A stretch of DNA of 64,000 nucleotides from contig NC_086380.1 of NCBI RefSeq assembly GCF_036588685.1, positions 63,612,001 to 63,676,000 of the forward strand. Direction: 5' to 3'. Position 1 is the stretch's first letter, and every line of letters begins with the position of its first letter. The notes under the pieces are model-generated. The model was given only the letters and a program-made list of their open reading frames with translations. It was not told where the DNA came from and ran no database searches. Positions 11,558 through 25,843 of the stretch are shown here, in pieces. The position numbers and the translations under genes are program-made. The DNA comes from Mytilus trossulus. Its lineage: Eukaryota.

Positions 11558-11935
11558 TTTTTTATTTGACCAAAAAATAAATGCGTTTATTTAATGCTAT
11601 TACGTTGTCGTCATCGGCGTCGGTGTCGTCCATGCATAGCCATTTGCAGTTGGTTTCCGGGCAATAACTATTTTAAGTATAAATGAATGGATCTCTATGA
11701 AATTTTTCCACAAGGTTCAATACCAAAAAAAAAGTGTTACCCTTGCATTTTAAAGTTATAGGAATTATAGGGACCAAACAGTGGTCAAAATAAGCATTAT
11801 TCTTTTTTTCGGAAAATTACTTGTTTATAAGTGAATGGCCTCTCTAAATTTTTACCACAAGTTTCCATACCATACAAGAAAATTTGGATTTTTTTTTTAT
11901 AATGGTTCTGTGGTGGAATTAGGGCCAAAAAGGGG
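11558..11935 (+). mobile_element. degenerate HINE-like element (family of 436-826)
   Basis: T-run, GTCGTC microsatellite, two diverged core units. Confidence 0.5.
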
Positions 11936-13501
11936 GAGTAGAAGCAATGTTTTTTGTTGTGTATACTGATAAGGTCAATATATATATGAAAGTGCCTAGA
12001 AAATCAACCAAGCTATTTTAGAGTAGATCTGATTCGTAACTTCCGTCCCGACAAGAGCTGGAATATGTACTTTTTATTTCTAACTTCTACGACAACATCG
12101 TCTAGCATTGCACAGATGCCTTTATCCCCTCCTCTAACTCTAGCTATAAGATTTCGTTTCGGGAAGCGTTACATGTACCTTCTAGTAGGAATGAAATATA
12201 TATAAAACTTAGAAAAACAGTATAGGTTTATATTTCACATTCACCTTTGAAATCTGAATACAACAGTGTATTTAGAATAATAGATATTTTTTCATCTTTA
12301 ACCCGCCGCCCCCCCCCCTTTTTCTTTAATATGTTGTATTGTAAAGAAAAAACCTGAATTAGAGTTAAAATCTATTTTTATCTCTGATCATGTTTCATTG
12401 AATGAGATACACGTGAATATAAATGTTAATTTGAAGTTATGTACGTAGTAAACTGATAAAAGTATTGATAAGTTGCCTAGTCAAAACGACAAGATTTCGC
12501 TATTATTTTAGAGAGATAAACGGATACATTTGCATACGATAACTACGTTCGAAAACAACTTTCACTTTCGTCTTTAGGAGAAAGGTCTTCAAAATTACAA
12601 CTGAAGATGTTTTACGTTCCCCTTTTCTTTACTTTGGTATATAATTAATTGATCCCCCGGAGCGGCTCTAAGGATAGCTTGAAAAGGTCTTTCAAGTGCC
12701 TTCATTAATATTTATGAAAATGGCGGGACATTTAGAATGGCCAAGGTTATTTCTAATTAAGTGTCTGGTGTTAGAATTTATTTTGTTGCGGTTAAAACCA
12801 CATTTGTCAATGTGTCAGATATTTCCGACATTTTTGACCTTTGCACCTAATTAACACAAAAAGACTAGGAATTCCCAACAGTCAGCGTCGTTGTAACAAG
12901 GAATGGCAATGTATCGCATTACTATTATTTATAGATCAATACACGTACACATTTTTGAACTCATTTGCTTAAAATTTTGATATTGTAGTTTGTGTCAGAC
13001 TTGCTAACTTGAGCAGTTAGATATTTTATAAAACAAGTACAAGCTAAACTGTATTTAAAAAAATAGGACAAGGGTCTCAAATAAGAATAAGAAAAGAAAT
13101 TTTAAAGAAATAAAATGTTTTCGACTTATCGCCAAAAAATATAATTTGACTACCAAAAAAGTTATAAAAAGGTATTCACATTGTAAAAGCACATCACCGA
13201 GTTCTCGAAATTCGAGCAAGAAAAGTGAGGTAACATTTTGAAGGTATGGAGTAAACAAATTTATGTTCACATTGCCTATCATACTCAATCATGACAGACT
13301 GATCTGACTCGTTTTAACAAAAAAAAGTTCGGGCTGGACTATCTTGCTTGACATTGATCCAACTTCTCCCCGACAATTTTTACCATGTCAATAGAATTCG
13401 AGTAGGGATCAAGAATCCATGCACTAGGTATTCGTTGGGAAATGATAGTGTAGAGATCAAGATTGATCATCATACAAATATTTGGCATAATGTATTTTAT
13501 A

Positions 13502-13595
13502 GAGTGGAGTATTGGAGTGGAGTGTTGGAGTGAGATTTTGGAGTGAAATTTTTGGAGTGAGATTTTGGAGTGATTTTTTTGGTGAAATTTTAGAG
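13502..13595. repeat. TGGAGTG-type simple repeat tract
   Basis: Multiple (T)TGGAGTG units. Confidence 0.75.
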
Positions 13596-14744
13596 TATAC
13601 AGCTTTTCTTTGCTGCTAACCTGAAAAAAAAGCTATACTTTTTCAAACTGTCATTCGTTTTATACCATGAAAATTGTGCAGTGGTATGAAAAGTAACAAA
13701 TGACAGTTAATTTAAATTTTATGATTGTGGTGCAAATTTTAATATATTTTTGTTAACCCAGTTTAACAAAATCTTTTTTTTAAACAGAGTTACAGGGTGT
13801 CTGTTTGTAGCAGGGTCGACATATGACTAAAAGTTATCTTGAGCCATTTTCTGTGTCGTCGTCCTGCTTATTAGTCATATTTTTGGTTATCCGCAAGCTC
13901 TTCCTGAACTACCTGGTAAAAAAAAGGGTTGGAAATAATAGGATCAATTTTTATTTTTGGCTAGTGAGGAGTTAAAACACATTTTCCAAAAATCCCCAGA
14001 TAATGAAATGGTTGGTGCCATATTTTAATTTTTTTATTTCGTTTCCCGTAGTCAAACATTGCCTTGAAAATGAGGCAGGGTCTGCAATTAACTAAATAAA
14101 GTTGTTAAATAAAGTCTACCATGAAATATGATTACATCATCTAGTAACAGCTACTATGCCCATTATCTTCTGAACTGCTATGAAAAAAGAGGGACAATAG
14201 AAAACATACTTTTTGTTTTGTTCGACAGTCAAAATGTTGTTGGCTGATATGTTGAGAAGATATCACTTGTTATGTTATTTTATTAACAAATAACCAAATC
14301 TGATAAGTTGATTATTGTAAAATATGAGATAATGACACTTTCCCCATTTTGCTGTTTTTATAACAAGAGAAAGATAAACTTTTTTTTTATTACCTTCATT
14401 TAAATCCAATGTACATGTAAACCTCTCATATCTTCAGGGTTAACAGGAGGATTTTGAAAATAAATAACTCAGCCTTGATAATTACAAAAATAAATGGTTT
14501 GTTCTTTGGTAGTTTGAAAATAAATTACCTGACTTGAAATGTATTAAAAATAAATAACTCAGCAGGTCTTTAGCTTCTTGCCAAGTTGGGCCTTCAGCGG
14601 TTCCAAAACCCTTCAAAAAAATGTTTGCCTCGCTCCGCTCGGCAACATTTATTTGACAATACTTTTGAAAAGGCTACGTAAACTGTATAAACAATCTTTA
14701 ATACTATGTACATTGTAAGTATGCAAAACATGTATAATAAAAGA

Positions 14745-15342
14745 TAATTGTGGCCAAGTTTGGATTAATTTGGCCCAGTAGTTTCAGAGGAGAAGATTTT
14801 TGTAAAAGATTACCAAGATTTACGAAAAATGGTTAAACATTGACTATAAAGGACAATAACTCCTAAAGGGATCAACTGACCATTTTGGTCATGTTGATTT
14901 ATTTGTAAATCTGACTTTGCTGAACATTATTGCTGTTTACAGTTTATCTCTATCTATAATAATATTCAAGATAATAACCAAAAACGGTAAAATTTCCTTG
15001 ACATTATCAATTCAGGGGCAGCAACCCAACAACGGGTTGTCCGATTCTTTGTTTTTTTTTAGTTAGAAGTCAAAAACTGTATTTTACCCCTATGTTCTAT
15101 TTTTAGCCATGGCGGCCATATTTAATGGTTGGCCGGGTCACCGGACACATTTTTCAAACAAGATACCCCAATGATGATTGTGGCAAAGTTTGGTTTAATT
15201 TGGCCCAGTAGTTTCAGAGGAGAAGATTTTTGTAAAAGTTAACGACGACGGACGACGACGACGGACGACGGACGACGACGCCGGACGCAAAGTGATTGGA
15301 AAGCTCACTTGGCCCTTCGGGCCTGTTGAGCTAGCCTAAAAA
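14745..15342 (-). mobile_element. HINE-like element, inverted copy of 2141-3042
   Basis: Reverse complement of the hairpin, (GACG)n and core of the 2141 element, with an internal deletion near 15050. Confidence 0.8.
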
Positions 15343-16999
15343 CTGACATATTTTTGACTCGACCAAACTCGATCGCTTCTTGGTGTCTTCTCAACCATAC
15401 ACGAGTACACATGACTGCTACAAGATACAAATTGAATAAAAGGACGTACAGATCAGATATTCACATATTTCTTATTCATCACAAATACAGTATTAACATT
15501 TTAATTGGATTTTAGAGGAGGAAACAGCGTTTATAAAAAAAAAAATTGTCGAGAGATGAAAATCATTCACTGACTTTTATTGTCATATAAACATTGTAAA
15601 ATTACAACCCATTGATATATAAATCTCCGTTGTAGTAGAACTTTGAAATAATACATACAAGCATAGTTGGTTTATTAAAAAGAAGATGTGTTATATGATT
15701 GCCAATGAGACAACTCTCCACAAGAGACTATAGGTTACCGTACAGCCTTCAACAAAGAGCAAAGCCCATACCGCATATATAGTCAGCTATAAAAGGCACC
15801 GAAATGACAATGTAAAACAATTCAAACGAGAAAACTAACGGCCTTTATCATAGGCTCCTGACTTGGGAAAGGCACATACATGCATAATGTGCCGGGGTTA
15901 AACATGTTAGTTGGATACGAACTCTCCCCTAACCTTGGATAGTGGTATAGTAGTAATTTTTCGAAATTCGTTTTGCCGTCATGAGGTTAAGTCTGGTAAA
16001 TCACTCAGATAACATGCATGTATACGCCGTCTTTCTGGCGTCTTTACTAAAGAAATTTGTTTTAAAGCAATCACATTCCATGTATTATTTTCTTTATGTA
16101 TATTAAATAAAAATCCCGATCCCAAAATTTTCAAAACGTCCATGGCATACGGGCGTTTTTTATCCGACACCTCATCTGGTATACTCTTCGTGCCACAAGA
16201 CCCTTCTATTGATATTAAAGATTTGCACATCCGCAAATGAATGGCCGGGCAAAGAGAGATTTTTAACTTTTTCCCAGTCTAGCCGGACGAATAGACACTC
16301 CGTCTTTGTACTCGTTGGTCCGGTTGGTGTCTCTTTTACACATTCCCCGTTAAAATTCTAAAAAATGTCGAATGTTCAACCCTAAATCTGTAATGGTTGC
16401 ATAGTGACAAAACTGCAATCTAGACTTCTGCCACATCTCAAAGGACTAAAAGACAAAGCACGTCGCTATGGATTCTTCTTCCAACCATAGCAATAGTACT
16501 CAAGAACATGCACACTAGCTTACCTCGCTGTTCCTCTATTTATAGCGATGCTAAATTTTAATTCAAGTCAGGCCCAAATTGAATACTAACTTTTTTGCAA
16601 TCTTTATAATGTTCATGTCATGTTTTTGATACTTTTCGTATTTCATCGAGCACCCATATTTTATAATTGAAGGATGGCTACAATATAGAAATAAAAAATA
16701 TATTGTTTATTTTCAAATACCACAAATATCTGCCAAACACCAAATGACGGTAAATTAAACAAACAAGTTGATAGACGGCCTTCAACATTGAGCAAAAGCC
16801 ATACAATGTAATAAATTGCGAGGCAATTCAAACGAAGATGACCAACAGCTTTCGGTATGTTATGATAAAACATGATAGACAGATAGACAGATAGAAAAAA
16901 TCAGGTCCCTGAAAATTTGATTTTACCCTGAACACAGAGACTTTAATTTACGGGTGACAGAATCTGTGACCCAACCAACATGTTTTTTTTTATTGGTGG

Positions 17000-17131
17000 C
17001 ACGCCCCCCCCCCCCAATTTTAGGTAAAAAAATGGTTGATAAAACAGGGAATCACCGAGGCATGATTGCAGCGGACCCCTCTTCGACTGCCAGTGCTCCT
17101 CCCCTTATGAAAATTTCTGGATCCGCCACTG
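17000..17131 (-). mobile_element. partial copy of the 5-bp-TSD MITE
   Basis: Ends AAATTTCTGGATCCGCCACTG; other end missing. Confidence 0.7.
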
Positions 17132-17597
17132 CATGCATGGCAAACAGAAAATAAAAGTCAGTAATAAAAGACCAGTTTAAAAACCTTTTGTTTTCTTCTA
17201 ACACTGTCTATCTTATTTGACAAGTATTTACTTGACAGTTTAGAGGAAAGATTGATGTAGGTTTATGTGAAATTGGTGAGAGAAAACAATGTTGCAGGGA
17301 GGATAAAGATTGTCATTGAACTTTTTATTTCACTCTAAGTCATAAGCCCTGATTTTACACATACTTTTACAATTTTATCTCAGCATGTTATCAGTAATTT
17401 GTTACATATATAAACTTTCTCTATGGTTAACTAATTGTAACCAGATGTGTGTTGACTATGTAAACCTCTTAATGTTAAACTGTTTTATCGGGTTTTGTAT
17501 AATTGGTATGTCCCTGTCCTTCCACAGGTTTCATTGTATTTTCTGCTCTCTCTGGTAAAAAATATGATGATTTTGAAAATAAAATCTGGGACTATTA

Positions 17598-17832
17598 GAC
17601 CCCGGTGATCGATCTTTTTTCAGGTGCTTGTTATATTTAGACAGGAAAATAAAAGTCAGACCGGTTCTTTTTAAGTTGTAGTGAAACGCACTAGATTAAA
17701 TAAGATCGATCGCGATCGATCTTGCTTGTGCAACGTAAATCCGAACTTGGGTGAACGCGCGCGGCCCTTGTCTTTTTTAAGATCGATTCAAATAAAGAAC
17801 GATTCAGTTTCAGTGCCAGTGTAAACATGGTC
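17598..17832. mobile_element. PIF/Harbinger-like MITE
   Basis: GACC..GGTC ends flanked by TTA/TTA; GATCGATC palindromes inside; left TIR partly lost. Confidence 0.45.
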
Positions 17833-18099
17833 TTATACTAATAGTATAATAGTCCAGATAAAATTTATAATAAGAAAAAAGTAAAAGATTGATAATGAAA
17901 ATACGAATATTTATTTTACTACGTTATACAACCTTCCCTGCATTTATCTGAAAGGATTTTATTTCTCAACTTTATTTTCTATTCCTTGTATTTTTTATTT
18001 CTCGTTAACTTTATGACTTCCTATTTTTGAAAACAGTTGTTGAAGTGAATTCAGGAAAAAAAACAAAGATATACCATAAATAATTATTCCAACATCACA

Positions 18100-19620
18100 T
18101 GCGAAAAAGCATGTAATTAATCTATCAAAACGCAGATTATCAAATCAGGAATATATCCTAGCTGTTGGCGAAAGGCTTGAAATTTATACCAACGCAATCT
18201 AGCAAAAATGCAAAAATGTCTATACTAAAAGACTACAATGAATTTGCTAGAAAATTACGATGTCGGTATATGTTCAGTCAAGAAAAAAACTGACATTCAT
18301 ACATTTCGTAGCAATACATGATATAAACCTGCCTCTACTTGCCATACGTTAGAAAATTATATAGAGTTAACCAAGCTTGAATTGTCTTTTCTACCAATAG
18401 AAAGAATTGTAAAAAACAATCTTACCAAGGGCGAAAGAATAGCGCTACGCAATTTGAAAAATGATGAAACAATAGTTATAAAAAAGGCAGATAAAAATTC
18501 AAATTGTGTGATTTTAGACAAGCTAGACTACATAACAGAAGTCACAAGACCACTAAATACTCAACATTACTGCCATTAGATTCATTTAACATGGCAGAAC
18601 TGAAAATTCAAGTCATTGATAAATCATTATACGATCAAGGCATAATCGACAAAATATCATTTCGATTTTTAACAAATGGTCAAACATTAAGAGATGCACG
18701 ATTAGGGAGAATTTATATTCTTCCAAAATTCACCGCCTTGAATTAATTGAGACGTTTAAACAAATACAACATGATGGATTAAATGAATTAAATATAATTC
18801 CACCTGTCAGACCAATTATAACTCAGTGTGGTTCTGTAACTGAACTTATAGGTCATTACGTTGACTATTTTCTTATACCAATAGTTCAAAATCAGTCCAC
18901 ATATATAAAAGATACTACATCGTTCATTAATATCATTGAGAAATTAAACCTATGGCAAACAGTCTGTTAGTTTCGTATGATATAACACAGATGTTTACAA
19001 ATCGACCTCAAGAAGCATTATTGCGTGCGGTTGAACGAGCCTATGACAGTTTTGAAAAATCGAACTTCAAGGTCAATACTCCGCCAGTCAATGTATTAAG
19101 ACATTTGTTGAGAATCATTTTAGAAAACAATGTATTTGAATTTGATGGGAAAATTTACAAACAAATAATAGGTACGGCAATTGGTGCAATTCCTTCACCG
19201 GAAATCTGTGACATACTAATGTTTGAAATAATGAATCAAACTATTTCTGCATTTCAATATAATAAAAAGACAAAATATTCTATCATGCCAGATATAGAGA
19301 CGATGGATTCATAATATATAATGGAACATTAGATGAAATTATAGACTTTTTTCGTCTTGTAAATGATTATAACCCCTTATTAAAGTTCACCTATGAAATA
19401 AAAAAACGATAAAAAGTGTCGTTCTTAGATGTTGATGTTATTAAAGGTCAAAGATTTACAACATATGGCATTCTTGACCTCGAAATACATTTTAAAGAAA
19501 CAAATTCTTATCTGTTTCTGCACAGAAATAGCTGTCACTCACAGCATGTGTTCAGAGGATTTATTAAAGGTGAAGCAAGACGGCGAATTAGAAATACAAG
19601 TGACCATAACAAATTAATAA
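18100..19620 (+). pseudogene. Penelope-like element reverse transcriptase, multiply frameshifted, 3'-truncated
   Basis: VINLS, LAKGLKFIPT, NLTKGERIALRNLKNDETIVIKKADK, GRIYILPK, RPIITQCGS, YIKDTTSF, LVSYDITQMFTN, NVFEFDGKIYKQIIGTAIG, catalytic YHARYRDDGF (19281-19310), LKFTYE, SFLDV, thumb FKETNSYLFLHRNSCH; no GIY-YIG domain seen. Confidence 0.88.
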
Positions 19621-20053
19621 ACAATCAAACTAATTTCGGCTCAGGGGATATAAACTCTAAGCCGGGAATGTCTCAGTATATACCCTGTCTGAGACCTTAA
19701 TAATATATAATATATATAAACAGTAACATGAGTAAATCAAAATATTTAATGAATATAAGATAAGATAAGATAACTTTATTAGCACTAACACATTGACAAT
19801 AAATGGTTATGGCAACAAATTAAAGACTAACTACAATAACATATATACAATGAAGGAGTGACAGTGGATAATTATGAGAGAAATAATATAAAAAAATAAA
19901 CGGGAAGCATATACATTATTACAGAAATCAAGTACCTTTTAATAATGAGTTTCTCACCAACAAGCATTCATTCAAATAGTTGACGACAATTTTCAATATT
20001 GTTTGGGAATTACTATTTAGAATTGATATAAGCAAGTTATATGATAAGGAAGG

Positions 20054-20889
20054 AAAGGAGTAGGTCCAATAAAGACCGATTTTGGCCTCAAATTTCAGTT
20101 TCATCTGACGAAAGATTTTGACCACTTTTTAAACACTTAAGTCACGGTTTATTTCATATGATTCAATTAATTTATGTGAAAGATTTTAACTTAAAATAGT
20201 CATTAAAATCGATCTGATTCAAGCTCAAATATGAAAAATCTACCAAATATGCGAAAAAATGTAACTTTTTAGATGGTTTTTGTCAAAAACGAAAGTGGTC
20301 GCATCCGTGTTCATCCTCAATTTTTATATATGTTATGTATTATCATCAAATACAACTTCCATTTCAAAATTTTGGATGAACACGAATGCGGCCACTTTCG
20401 TTTTACACGGAAACCATCTAAAATTTAACTAAAATGCTGGAATTGTGAAGATTTCAGTAATTTAGCATGACTTATAGGTGCTAGTGCCCAATATATGTGC
20501 ATTGTATTGTCAAAAACAGCTCATATTTATGTAGCAGAACCTTGACACCATTTGCGATTATGGTCTTAAGGAAACGATGATAGTCCGTCGGAAGGGGACG
20601 ATAAATGGCTGACCCCTGTTAAGAGAGAGTCATATCTCTTGCACGTTAAAGACACCCTTGTAGATTTCGAAAAAGGGTAGGCTAATGCCGCTACAAGGCA
20701 GCACTCGCACCTGCAAAGTGGAGAGGGATTAATATAAGTTGCAAAACATGTTTCCCAATCCACTGTAAATAAATATGTTTAAACTAAAATTCTACTTTCC
20801 AATAAATAACTAAAAGTTTACATTTTAACAATTTTGTAAAACTGCTATATTTTGGGGCCGAACAGATGTCTTACTGGACCTACTCCTTT
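20054..20889. mobile_element. non-autonomous DNA transposon (MITE) with internal hairpin
   Basis: TIR AAAGGAGTAGGTCC / GGACCTACTCCTTT; internal inverted repeat GAAAGTGGTCGCATCCGTGTTCATCC / GGATGAACACGAATGCGGCCACTTTC; right half repeated at 32055-32432. Confidence 0.8.
20541..20788 (+). mobile_element. 5'-truncated SINE body with Deu/Nin/Meta-like conserved core
   Basis: GTCCGTCGGAAGGGGACGATAAATGG..CCCC..GCACGTTAAAGA core; AATAAA and TAAAC-type tail; absent from the paralogous MITE at ~32320-32340. Confidence 0.7.
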
Positions 20890-22754
20890 GTTGTTCAATA
20901 GAACATTATCTAATTTTTTAATAAGGTTATCTCTCACATATTTATAGGAGGAACATTTTAAAAGAAAGTGAAGTTCATCTTCAATGTATCCATTGTTACA
21001 GCAAAGACATACCCTACTCTATTTTGGTATTTTTAGATATCGCCCTCTTCCAATAGATAAAGTATGAGCACTTAAATATCTACCACTTTTGGATTTGCAT
21101 TGATCAACATACGAGGGTCTTTTATTTGGTTTATAAAGTATATTAAAAAAGTTCAATTTTTTTATTTTGATTGATGTCAGTCTCTTGCTTTTGGAAAGCC
21201 ATATCATTGATTCTCTCTTGGGTGGGTTTTTAATACATCTTAATATCAATAGGATTTAGATTAAAACACAGGTACCTTACAATTACAATAAATTTAAAGT
21301 AACAAAAAAGTACTATATTTTGAAAGTACATTTCCAGTACCACAGATTTTTTGTACAGAAAAAGTACCTATGCAAAAGTAGCATTATAGGAAGCGATTTT
21401 TACGGCATTGTCATTTCTTCTCTCTAGGAAAAGTCTTGAGAGATATCTGCACCACGTTGTTTTATGAACCTTAAGTACATGTATGCCCTGCTGACTACAA
21501 ATTTTGGGGTCGATTAGACTTGTAGGTTCAGCGTCCGCATAACTTCCACTTACGGAAAAGCGATTTATGTTGTACAAACGGGTATCATTATTTGCGAAAG
21601 AGTCAGTAGCAAAATACGACGACTGGGGAAAAAATCCCGTTTACTTCGTGAAAATTGTGAAATTTGCGCTAAAACAGCTTTTACTTTTAATAGTGTGCCC
21701 TTTTATACAGTTACTAGTATGCTGCACATTTGGTTATTTTTTTTTCAAAGAATTATCCATCCATCTGTAAAACTGTGTTGAATATATTAAAAAAGAAAGA
21801 CAAATTTTAAAATGTATAATCTTAATCTTTACGCTTTTCCAATGTAATGGGAGATAACTTATTTTTAAAATAAATATTTTCCTCTGAAACAGATATGATT
21901 GTTGACAAAAAGAGTTACATCCCATCATACATATTATAAAAAAAGTAATACGATATTCAAGAAAAATCTGACAAAGTGAACTGTATAGAAATAAGTATAT
22001 ATATGATTATCATAAATATCAAATAAAAGGAAAATGTCAAAATGTCAAAATATAATTAGTTTATAATAAGGGGGATAACCAAAACTGCTTGTTTCTTAAA
22101 ATATATTCTATTTGTGTTGTTGATATGTACATATGTACTTCGATAAATACATGTTGTTTAAACTATTCATAACTGGATTATTCTTTATAAAAGACGATAA
22201 AAATCTATCAATGAAATTTAGCCATTATTCAAGCTCTTGTTATTTGTTGTGTTTTGATTGAGATAAAAGATAACCAGAACGTCCATGGAAATCTGACGAA
22301 GACTTTTACTTACTTGAAAATCTCGATCTACAGGTTTAGGGATTTTCAGGATTTAAATATTGATTTACGTAAGTTGTTAATATTTTTCCAACGAAAGTTT
22401 CTTTTTTCTTCTTCTTCCTTTTGAACAATTATAATAAGCCCGATCGTAAAGTCGTCTTGTTTTCTTAATATCGCTTTAGCTCCATTTTATTTTGTACAAC
22501 ATGTCTTCATCTGACAGTAGTAAAGCCTTGTTGACCCTTAAGAAGAAGAATTACTTCATCATTGAAATTAAACAAGAAACATAATATAAAAAAAATGTGG
22601 TATGATTGCCAGTGAGACAACTATCCACAAAAGACCAAAATGACACAGACTTTAACAACTATAGGTCACCGTACGGCCTTCAACAATGAGCAAAGTCCAT
22701 ACCGCATAGTCAGCTATAAAAGGCCCCGATAAGACAATGTAAAACACGTTACTA

Positions 22755-23006
22755 AAAACTGGCATTAAATTTCAAATTTACCGAACAAACATTTATTAGT
22801 ATAAACTTGTTATTTAATCTAAATTAAATTTCAGTTAAATCGTCTGATATTAGTAGTTTTGATAAAAAATAAACGTATACCAAAACTGGCATTAAATTTC
22901 AAATTTACCGAACAAAAATTGATCAGTATAAACTTGTTATTTAATCTAAATTAAATTTCAGTTAAATCGTCTGATATTAGTAGTTTTGATAAAAAATAAA
23001 CGTATA
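22755..23006. repeat. near-perfect ~126-bp tandem duplication
   Basis: AAAACTGGCATTAAATTTCAAATTTACCGAAC..AAACGTATA occurs twice in succession. Confidence 0.9.
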
Positions 23007-24336
23007 TTTAAATGACAAATTTAACGGTGATAAACTAGATTTAAACCTTTTAAATAACAAATTTAAACTGCTATTATTTTTCAAATAAATATCAAGTTTA
23101 ATAACCCATAAATCGGAATTAAACTTAAAAAAATAAGAAATTTAAAAAAATTATTAAATTTTCATAAACTACTAAAATAATTCTTCATAAATCAGACCTT
23201 AAATTCAAAACTAGAAATTTAATATATGAATAAATTTTGTAAACGTATCATTTCATGCAGTGTACATTGTAAAATAATGTAATACAAGTTTGTCAATCTA
23301 TCTAGTGTTAGTGTTACAAAATATTCCATTGTGTGCATCATTGTAACATATTAGTTTATTTTTGTTAGTGATTGGGATTGTAACACAATGTTGCCTGCTG
23401 TATTTTTGACAGTTTCTAACTATTATGTCTGTTTGTTTTGTTCACGCATTATTGTCAATATACTTGAATTTGATGCAACTGTCATACAAGTGAGAGTTTT
23501 AGATTGCTATAAAACCAGGTTTAATCCACCATTTTCTGCATCAGAAAATGCCTGTACCAAGTTAGGAGTATGACAGTTGTTATCCATTCGTTTGATGTGT
23601 TTCATCATTTAATTTTGTCATTTGATTCGGGACTTTCCGTTTTGAATGTTTCTGTAGTTCCGTATTTTTGTGATATAACTTTTCAACATAGTTAATCATA
23701 AAAAGACAGTAGAATAATAACTCATGTACGTTTAGAATTGAAATTCCCTAAAATGCTTTATTAGCCATGATGATTTTCTTCTCAATAGTAAAAAATACTA
23801 GCGTAACAAAATAGATAAATCAGTGCATATAAATAATAAGTTATTATTTAAGAGATGCACTAATACATTTGTTCTAGATGAAATGATGATTGTATTATGT
23901 TTTTACTTCTTTATTTTAATAACAATGGTCACAACATACACGACATTTCATCATATACTATATTGAAAAGAAAAGAAGAAAGATACGGCAGTAGGTATAT
24001 ATTTTTAACATGCAAGAAATTTGTAATAACATCTCAAGCCTAGTACGTATATATAGAAACGTCTTTGGCTTAATAATGATTCCTTATATATTTATATAAT
24101 TATATTTGAACAGGCACAAAACAAATGTAATGAGTAAAGCAAATTTTGAGTAGGTTCTAAAAACATTGTGCATTTACTTATTTTTGTTTTTTGGACATTT
24201 CTTGGACCAAATAGACATGCAATACTTATACTATAGATAATAAATAATGTTGTATTTTTTTCATATTAGTATATTTTTTTTTAATAAACCTATAAACAAA
24301 CGATTAATTTATATTTACTTTTTTCATTTGATTTGA

Positions 24337-24590
24337 AAAGAGGGTCGACAGATGCAAAAGACAAAATCAGACTCATAGATCGAAAATAAACTGATAACGC
24401 TATAGCAAAAAAAGAAAAAAAAGGACAAACAGACAAAAAGGAGTACACAAGACACAGCATAGACAACTTCAGTTACACGAACCCCATCAAAAGTTTGGGT
24501 GATCTAAGGTGCTCCGGACGGGTACGCAGGGCCTCTTCCATGAGTGACATCAGTTATGTTGTGCATGTTATTACAAATCCGGTAGCTTTT
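24337..24590 (-). repeat. interspersed repeat, probable non-LTR retrotransposon 3' tail
   Basis: ACTCATAGATCGAAAATAAACTGA..GACAAACAGACA..ACACGAACCCCA..GGTGATCT.AGGTGCTCCGG; other copies at 1921-1990, 25600-25770 and 54945-55260. Confidence 0.6.
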
Positions 24591-25843
24591 GTTATTCCTC
24601 GTATACGGTATTTGATGAACATTTGTCAAGATATAAATTTCTCAACTTCCCTGACCTGACATTTGTGTAAAACATGTATCATTTTAATACTTTTTAGAAA
24701 TTATTAAGTATCTACCTTTTAGATGAATATGGCTGTGCATTAGGCCTCGTATTGTCACTTAGCTCCACATGTGTTTCTATTTTAATATATTATTGGCTGT
24801 CAATAGTATAACTGGAGCGTCTAAAATGAACGTTAATTTAGTAAAGATCGTTAAATGCAGTAGTCTTCTTTTTTCTAAAAGAACGAGCATGGTCCTTACA
24901 ATCTATTGAAAATATGTACAACACTAGAAACTGAATTTTAAATTGTTTTAATTATAGAAAGGTAGTGTATTCGATATATACAATACAACTCGGTGAGTAT
25001 CTATTTGCAGAACAAAACGATGAATTGTCGGATTAAAACTTCCTACTATTTTTTCAAATACACCCTTGAATGTTTCAATTCGGGTTACACCATCGATGAA
25101 GGAGAAAGAATAAAAAGGTCATGGATACGATATTAAAGGAATCGTCAGACAGTTTAATTTCAGATTCCAGGTCTTTTATTTCTCGGCAGTTTTCTAACAT
25201 AATTGAAGACCAGTCAGTGTGAATAGATCCTCGTATATTCAGGGATGCAATTTTTCTTGATAAGGCACACGTTTTCAGGAAAAAGCCCCTACAAAAAACT
25301 TTAAAAGAGACTGTATATAAACGTTATATGTATTCAATAGTATTTCGAATAACTGAATAAGTAACCGAAGGTAGACGACAAGTTGCATTGTAGTCTTGCA
25401 GATCGGTGGGTTTGATGATAAAAGCACCAATCTTTGCATTGAAGTATGTCTTGTTTTATTCCAAGTACTATACAAGCTATGAAATGTACCCATCTAGAGA
25501 TTTGTTAAACGTTTTTTTTTCTAGATGTCCGCCACAAAATATAAAAATAGAAGGATATATCACTTTTATAGGGTCAGATTAGTAGAAAAAAAAAAAAGGC
25601 AAAAAATACCACAGCGACAGTCAAACTCATAAGTCGAATATAAACTGACAAAGCAATGGCTAAAAATGAAAAAGACAAACAAACAAACAATAGTACTAAT
25701 GGCACAACATAAAAAACTAAAGAAAAGGCAACACGAACCCCACCAAAAACTAGGAGTGATCTCAGGTCACTGAGAACGGAGAAGGTGTGGGAATCATATT
25801 TATTATCAATATCTCACAACTATCGCATGTAATAGTGTTTCTT

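Larger units (their letters stand above)
19750..21250 (-). mobile_element. 3' end of a non-LTR retrotransposon (ORF2 C-terminal Cys/His region plus tail), split by a MITE
   Basis: Minus strand reads LSAHTLSIGRGRYLKIPK*SRVCLCCNNGYIEDELHFLLKCSSY..R; AATAAAG followed by (TTATC)n tail at ~19755-19780. Confidence 0.75.

Noticed and set aside
12640-12900. Enhancer-like stretch with TAATTA homeobox sites
   Set aside because: Cannot be supported without cross-species conservation data
18310-18330. In-frame TGA in the PLE as selenocysteine (Naiad-like)
   Set aside because: The copy has many frameshifts, so one TGA is explained by decay; no SECIS identified
19638-19697. HDV-like ribozyme at the PLE 3' break
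   Set aside because: Hairpin pairings exist but the P1.1/P4/J4-2 order of the nested double pseudoknot is absent
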